From: Octopus vulgaris
Taxonomy: Eukaryota
Assembly (NCBI GenBank): GCA_951406725.2
Contig: OX597837.1
Span: 39,990,001-40,054,000 of the forward strand
Direction: 5' to 3'
DNA: 64,000 nucleotides
The translations under genes and the position numbers were made by a program. The notes under the pieces were generated by a model. That model saw nothing but the letters and a program-made list of their open reading frames with translations. It was not told the DNA's origin and did no database searches. Within the stretch, counting starts at the first letter, position 1. Each line of letters opens with the position of its first letter. Shown piece by piece: positions 58,898-64,000 of the stretch.

Positions 58898-59134
58898 TAA
58901 TAATTCAGACAAATACATAACAAAAATACCAGGACTTACAAACACATATAACATACAGAAAATTGCACTACTAGGCACTGCACACATCCTACGCAGAACA
59001 CTTTCCATACAATAACCATCAGAGCATCACAACAAATCACAGCACATACCCAAGGCACACAGAGCTGCGCTCGGTAGTGAAGTGAAAGCACGCTATAAAA
59101 ATAAAACTACTGAATAATAATAATAATAATAATG

Positions 59135-59204
<70 letters not shown>

Positions 59205-59441
59205 TAATAATTCAGACAAATACATAACAAAAATACCAGGACTTACAAACACATATAACATACAGAAAATTGCACTACTAGGCACTGCACACATCCTACG
59301 CAGAACACTTTCCATACAATAACCATCAGAGCATCACAACAAATCACAGCACATACCCAAGGCACACAGAGCTGCGCTCGGTAGTGAAGTGAAAGCATGC
59401 TATAAAAATAAAACTACTGAATAATAATAATAATAATAATG

Positions 59442-59523
<82 letters not shown>

Positions 59524-59772
59524 TAATAATTCAGACAAATACATAACAAAAATACCAGGACTTACAAACACATATAACATACAGAAAATTGCACTACTAG
59601 GCACTGCACACATCCTACGCAGAACACTTTCCATACAATAACCATCAGAGCATCACAACAAATCACAGCACATACCCAAGGCACACAGAGCTGCGCTCGG
59701 TAGTGAAGTGAAAGCACGCTATAAAAATAAAAATAAAACTACTGAATAATAATAATAATGATAATAATAATG

Positions 59773-59842
<70 letters not shown>

Positions 59843-60312
59843 TAATAATTCAGACAAATACATAACAAAAACACCAGGACTTACAAACACATATAACATA
59901 CAGAAAATTGCACTACTAGGCACTGCACACATCCTACGCAGAACATTTTCCATACAATAACCATCAGAGCATCACAACAAATCACAGCACATACCCAAGG
60001 CACACAGAGCTGCGCTCGGTAGTGAGGTGAAAGCACGCTATAAAAATAAAAACTACTGAATAATAATAATAATAATAATGGTAATAATAATAATGATAAT
60101 AATTCAGACAAATACATAACAAAAACACCAGGACTTACAAACACATATAACATACAGAAAATTGCACTACTAGGCACTGCACACATCCTACGCAGAACAC
60201 TTTCCATACAATAACCATCAGAGCATCACAACAAATCACAGCACATACCCAAGGCACACAGAGCTGCGCTCGGTAGTGAAGTGAAAGCACGCTATAAAAA
60301 TAAAAACTACTG
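58585..60312 (+). repeat. Tandem array of six ~210-bp R4/Dong LINE 3' ends separated by variable (AAT)n
   Basis: Units at 58585, 58904, 59211, 59530, 59849, 60103, each SDKYITK(T/I)PGLTNTYNIQKIALLGTAHILRRT(L/F)SIQ* plus 3' UTR; homologous to IQKIVLMGTAHIIRKILSM* at 40984. Confidence 0.93.
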
Positions 60313-60354
60313 AATAATAATAATAATGATAATAATAATGATAATAATAATAAT

Positions 60355-60565
60355 CCTTTCTGCAATAAGCACAAGACCTGAAATTTGAGGGAGGGGGATA
60401 GTAGATTACATTGACCCCAGTACTCAACTGGTACGTAATTTATCGACCCCGAAAGGATGAAAGGCAAAGTTGACTTCAGCTAAATCAGAACTTGGATCGT
60501 GCCAACGGGCAAAATAGCGCTAAGCATTTCATTTCGTCCAGCGCGCTAACGATTCTGTGAGCTCA
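60355..60565 (-). mobile_element. SINE family B
   Basis: tttatcgaccccgaaaggatgaaaggcaaagttgac. Confidence 0.8.
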
Positions 60566-60567
60566 AT

Positions 60568-60638
<71 letters not shown>

Positions 60639-60689
60639 TAATAATAATAATTATGTGTGCAGTAAGCACTATACCTGAAACATTGGTGC

Positions 60690-60870
60690 CACGACAAAGT
60701 GCTGAGCGCCATTTCGTTAATTTTTTGCATTCTGAGATCAGACTCCCCAGAGGTCGACTTTGCCTTTAATCCTTTCGAGGTCGATGAAACAAGTACCAGT
60801 TGAACGGTTTTGGGGGGGGGTAGGGTGTAGATATAATCGGCTAGCCTCTTCCCCGAAAATTCTGACCACG
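60690..60870 (+). mobile_element. SINE family B, degenerate
   Basis: gaggtcgactttgcctttaatcctttcgaggtcgatgaaacaagtaccag. Confidence 0.7.
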
Positions 60871-60899
60871 TGACTATAATATATTATTATTATTACTCT

Positions 60900-61310
60900 C
60901 CTCCCACTTTTCCATTTTCTTGTCTTCCCCATCCCTGTCCCTCCTCCTCCATTTCCTCTCCTTCCTCCCCCTCTTTCTGCTCCTCTTCTTCCTGGTCCTC
61001 GTCTCCCTCCTATCTTCCTCACCTTCATCTTCTTCCTCCTCCTCTCTCTGCTCCTCCTCTTCATGCTCTTCTTCTTCCTCCTCCTCTTCCTCACCTTCAT
61101 CTTCTTCCTCCTCCTCTTTCTGCTCCTCTTCTTCCTGGTCTTCGTCTCCCTCCTATCTTCCTCACCTTCATCTTCTTCCTCCTCCTCTTTCTGCTCCTCC
61201 TCTTCATGCTCTTCTTCTTCCTCTTCCTCCTCCTCTACCTCACCTTCCTCTTCTTCCTCCTCCTCTTCCTGCTCCTCCTCGCCTCCTCACCCTCTTCCTC
61301 CTCCTCCGCA
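60900..61310. repeat. CT-rich low-complexity tract with a ~120-bp internal duplication
   Basis: ctgctcctcttcttcctggtc(c/t)tcgtctccctcctatcttcc at ~60977 and ~61120. Confidence 0.85.
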
Positions 61311-61808
61311 TTATTTTATTTGTCATCAGCGTAGAGAATCAATAATTCAGATGCCTAGATGCGTCGTCGGGGTATTATCACAAAACATGCATGCGCGCGC
61401 GCGTGTGTGTGCGTCCGAGTGCGTGTGGTGGTGGTGGTGGTGGTGGTGGTGGTGGGTGAATATTCGGATATGTAAGACATGTAAAATCGCGATGCAATAC
61501 AAATGGATTTGATCGATATAATACGTTGATGTCGTAAATAATTGATAAGCAGATCAATGCAAAGCGTAGCTGATGCTTTGGTAATTGTATTCAGTTTAGG
61601 TTTTAGACAGAAGAATCAAATTTCTCAGGCTTCTACGAAGCAGACGACAGAAATACGTTGCCTTATCTTGACAGGCGACAATTATATGGAAAACATGCAG
61701 AATGAGGCTTCTAATAGCTTCGTACTTGCATACATACATGCACACGCAAATACAATACCTAGACATAAGCATATACATATACATGACTATATACATAGAT
61801 AGATACAT

Positions 61809-61913
<105 letters not shown>

Positions 61914-61921
61914 TGTGTGTG

Positions 61922-62034
61922 TATGGTAAAAATGTTACTTTCCAACCACATGGTTCCAGGTTCAGTCCGTATAGTCTCGGGCTGACAAAACCCTTGTGAG
62001 TGGATTTCGTAGAGGGGAAACTGAAAGAAGCTCG

Positions 62035-62100
<66 letters not shown>

Positions 62101-62215
62101 ATGTATAGTAAAAATATTGCTTTCGACCTACATGGTTCCGAGTTCAGTCCGTATAGTCTCGGGCTGACTAAACCCTTGTGAGTGGATTTATTAGAGGGGA
62201 AACTGGAAGAAGCCC

Positions 62216-62270
<55 letters not shown>

Positions 62271-62480
62271 GTGCCTTTTTGTCTGTTTTTGTCCTCTCTT
62301 CACCGCTTGACAACGGGTGTTGGTGTGTTTATGTATTCGCAACTTAGCGGTTCGGCAAAAAGAACCGATAGAATGAGTAGTAGGACTTGCAAAATAAGTC
62401 CTAGGGTCGATATGTTCTATTAAAACCCTTGAAGGCGCTGCTCCAAAATGGCCGCAGTGAAATGATAGAAACAACTAAAA
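61922..62480 (+). mobile_element. SINE family A variant with tandemly duplicated, internally deleted head
   Basis: gttcagtccgtatagtctcgggctgac occurs at ~61960 and ~62140 before a single tail. Confidence 0.8.
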
Positions 62481-62489
62481 GAATTTATA

Positions 62490-62605
62490 TATTGGGTCAT
62501 CCCATAAAAAATCCGAGTTTTTTTACACGCCTTTTATTCTTCAAAATTAAGATAAACAAAGTTCGTTTTCAATGTGAAATATACTCTCCTTCATTTTGTA
62601 CAATG
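62490..62605 (-). mobile_element. mariner right end
   Basis: Minus strand IVQNEGEYISH* then AATAAA and TIR-like ...ttttatgggatgacccaaTA. Confidence 0.65.
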
Positions 62606-62606
62606 C

Positions 62607-62990
62607 GAAATGCTTAACGGTATTTCGTCTGTCTTTACGTTCTGAGTTCAAATTCCACCAAGGTAGACTTAACCTGTCATCCTTTCGGGGTCGATAAATT
62701 AAATACCAGTTACGTACTGGGTCGATCTATTCTACTGGCCCCTCCCTCAAAATTTCTAGAGTAGAAAAGATATTTAAGGCGGCGAGCTGGCAGAATTGTT
62801 AGCATGCCGGGCGAAATGCCAAACGGTATTTCGCCCATCGCTACATTCTGAGTTCAAATTCCTCCGAGATCGACTTTGCTTTTCATCCTTTAGGTGTCGA
62901 TAAATTAAGTACCAGTTGCGTATTGGGGTAGATCTAATCGACTACCCCACTTCCCTCAAATCCCGGGGCTTCTGCTTAGAGTAGAAAAGA
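62607..62990 (+). mobile_element. Two tandem SINE family B copies
   Basis: ttctgagttcaaatt at ~62640 and ~62846; full head ggcggcgagctggcag at 62778. Confidence 0.85.
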
Positions 62991-63562
62991 ATATCTAGAC
63001 GAAAAAATAAACAAAACCAAATATATAGTTCTGGTCCAAATTACTTACTTTTAATATGACTTGGGGCATTTAATATAATTCTAATTTTCAGACCTATTTT
63101 CCAAACTGTTGGGCACGGCTGTATATTCCCATTCTCCAATAACTGAATCAGTCGTGTTGCCCATTACTGATAAATCCTCTGCGCAGCTATTGTGCTTGTT
63201 GTAACAATGTCACACTGTTGTCGATGTTTTCTGCAAGAGTGTCGACGGTTACGCCTTTGTACCAAGTATTGGATAACAGTTGACATTCATAAGTTCATAC
63301 GTTCTCTCACAGTTTTCGTTTTTAATTCTGCATGATCTGAAATCACTCGCGTCACTAAGCAAGCTAATGGGCTGGCCAGTTATTAACCGGCGAGCCGACC
63401 ATACATGCACATACATACATACATACATACATACATACATACATACATACATACATACATACATAGATTTATAATGCATGCATGCATACATACATACATA
63501 CATACATGCATGCATGCATGCATACATACATACGTAAATACATATAAACATACATACATACA

Positions 63563-63594
<32 letters not shown>

Positions 63595-63677
63595 AACATA
63601 CTTACATACATGCATGCAAACATACATACATACATACATACATACATACATAAATATGCCTTTATATACAAATATGT

Positions 63678-63955
63678 GGAGGCACATGGCCTAGTGGATA
63701 GAGCAGCGGACTCGCAGTCGAGGGTTCGAATTTCAGACCGTCAATGATGAAACACCTAAGCTCCACGCGGCTCCGGCAGAAGGTAATGGCGAACTTCTGC
63801 TGACTCTTTCGCCACAACTTTCTCTCACTCTTTCCTCCTGCATCTTGCAGCTCACCTGCGACGGACAGGCCTCGTGTCAAGGTGGGGAGCCTATACACCA
63901 AGGAAACCGCGTAACCGTCCCTTATGAGCGAGGCATGGCTCGAGAAGGAACAAAA
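63678..63955 (+). mobile_element. SINE family C (tail type 4)
   Basis: ggaggcacatggcctagtggatagagcagcggactcgcag...GGTTCGAATT...caactttctctcactcttt. Confidence 0.8.
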
Positions 63956-64000
63956 AACAAACAATATACAAATATATATGTATATATATATATATATATA

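Noticed and set aside
58585-60312. CRISPR-like repeat/spacer appearance
   Set aside because: Repeats are ~210-bp LINE 3' ends, spacers are pure (AAT)n, there are no cas genes, and the context is eukaryotic.

Overview
This is AT-rich eukaryotic non-coding (intergenic or intronic) DNA. It is saturated with microsatellites ((TA)n, (CA)n, (TACA)n, (TATC)n, (AAT)n, (AAG)n, (GA)n, (AGT)n) and retroposons. The SINE repertoire looks like that of Octopus or another coleoid cephalopod (inference from recognised sequence, not a search). No intact host gene can be supported, and almost every ORF in the supplied track is translated microsatellite or SINE. Recognisable content: about 20 copies of a tRNA-headed CORE-like SINE with an internal microsatellite, three further SINE families, a 5'LTR-PBS-gag remnant of a Ty3/gypsy (Mag-like) element, mariner remnants, non-autonomous Helitrons, CR1/L2-group LINE pieces and many R4/Dong-clade LINE pieces. 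Two things stand out. (1) An (AAT)n-targeting retroposon community: R4/Dong 3' ends and a ~560-bp non-coding partner stacked head-to-tail in AAT tracts, including a six-unit array of identically truncated Dong 3' ends with variable-length AAT spacers (58.6-60.3 kb). (2) Several unrelated short elements in (TA)n tracts carrying minimal type-I hammerhead ribozyme motifs of the Penelope/retrozyme kind, including a perfect 63-bp-arm palindrome with a hammerhead on each strand (21.3-21.4 kb). Coordinates were read by eye and may be off by a few bases, more for degenerate copies.
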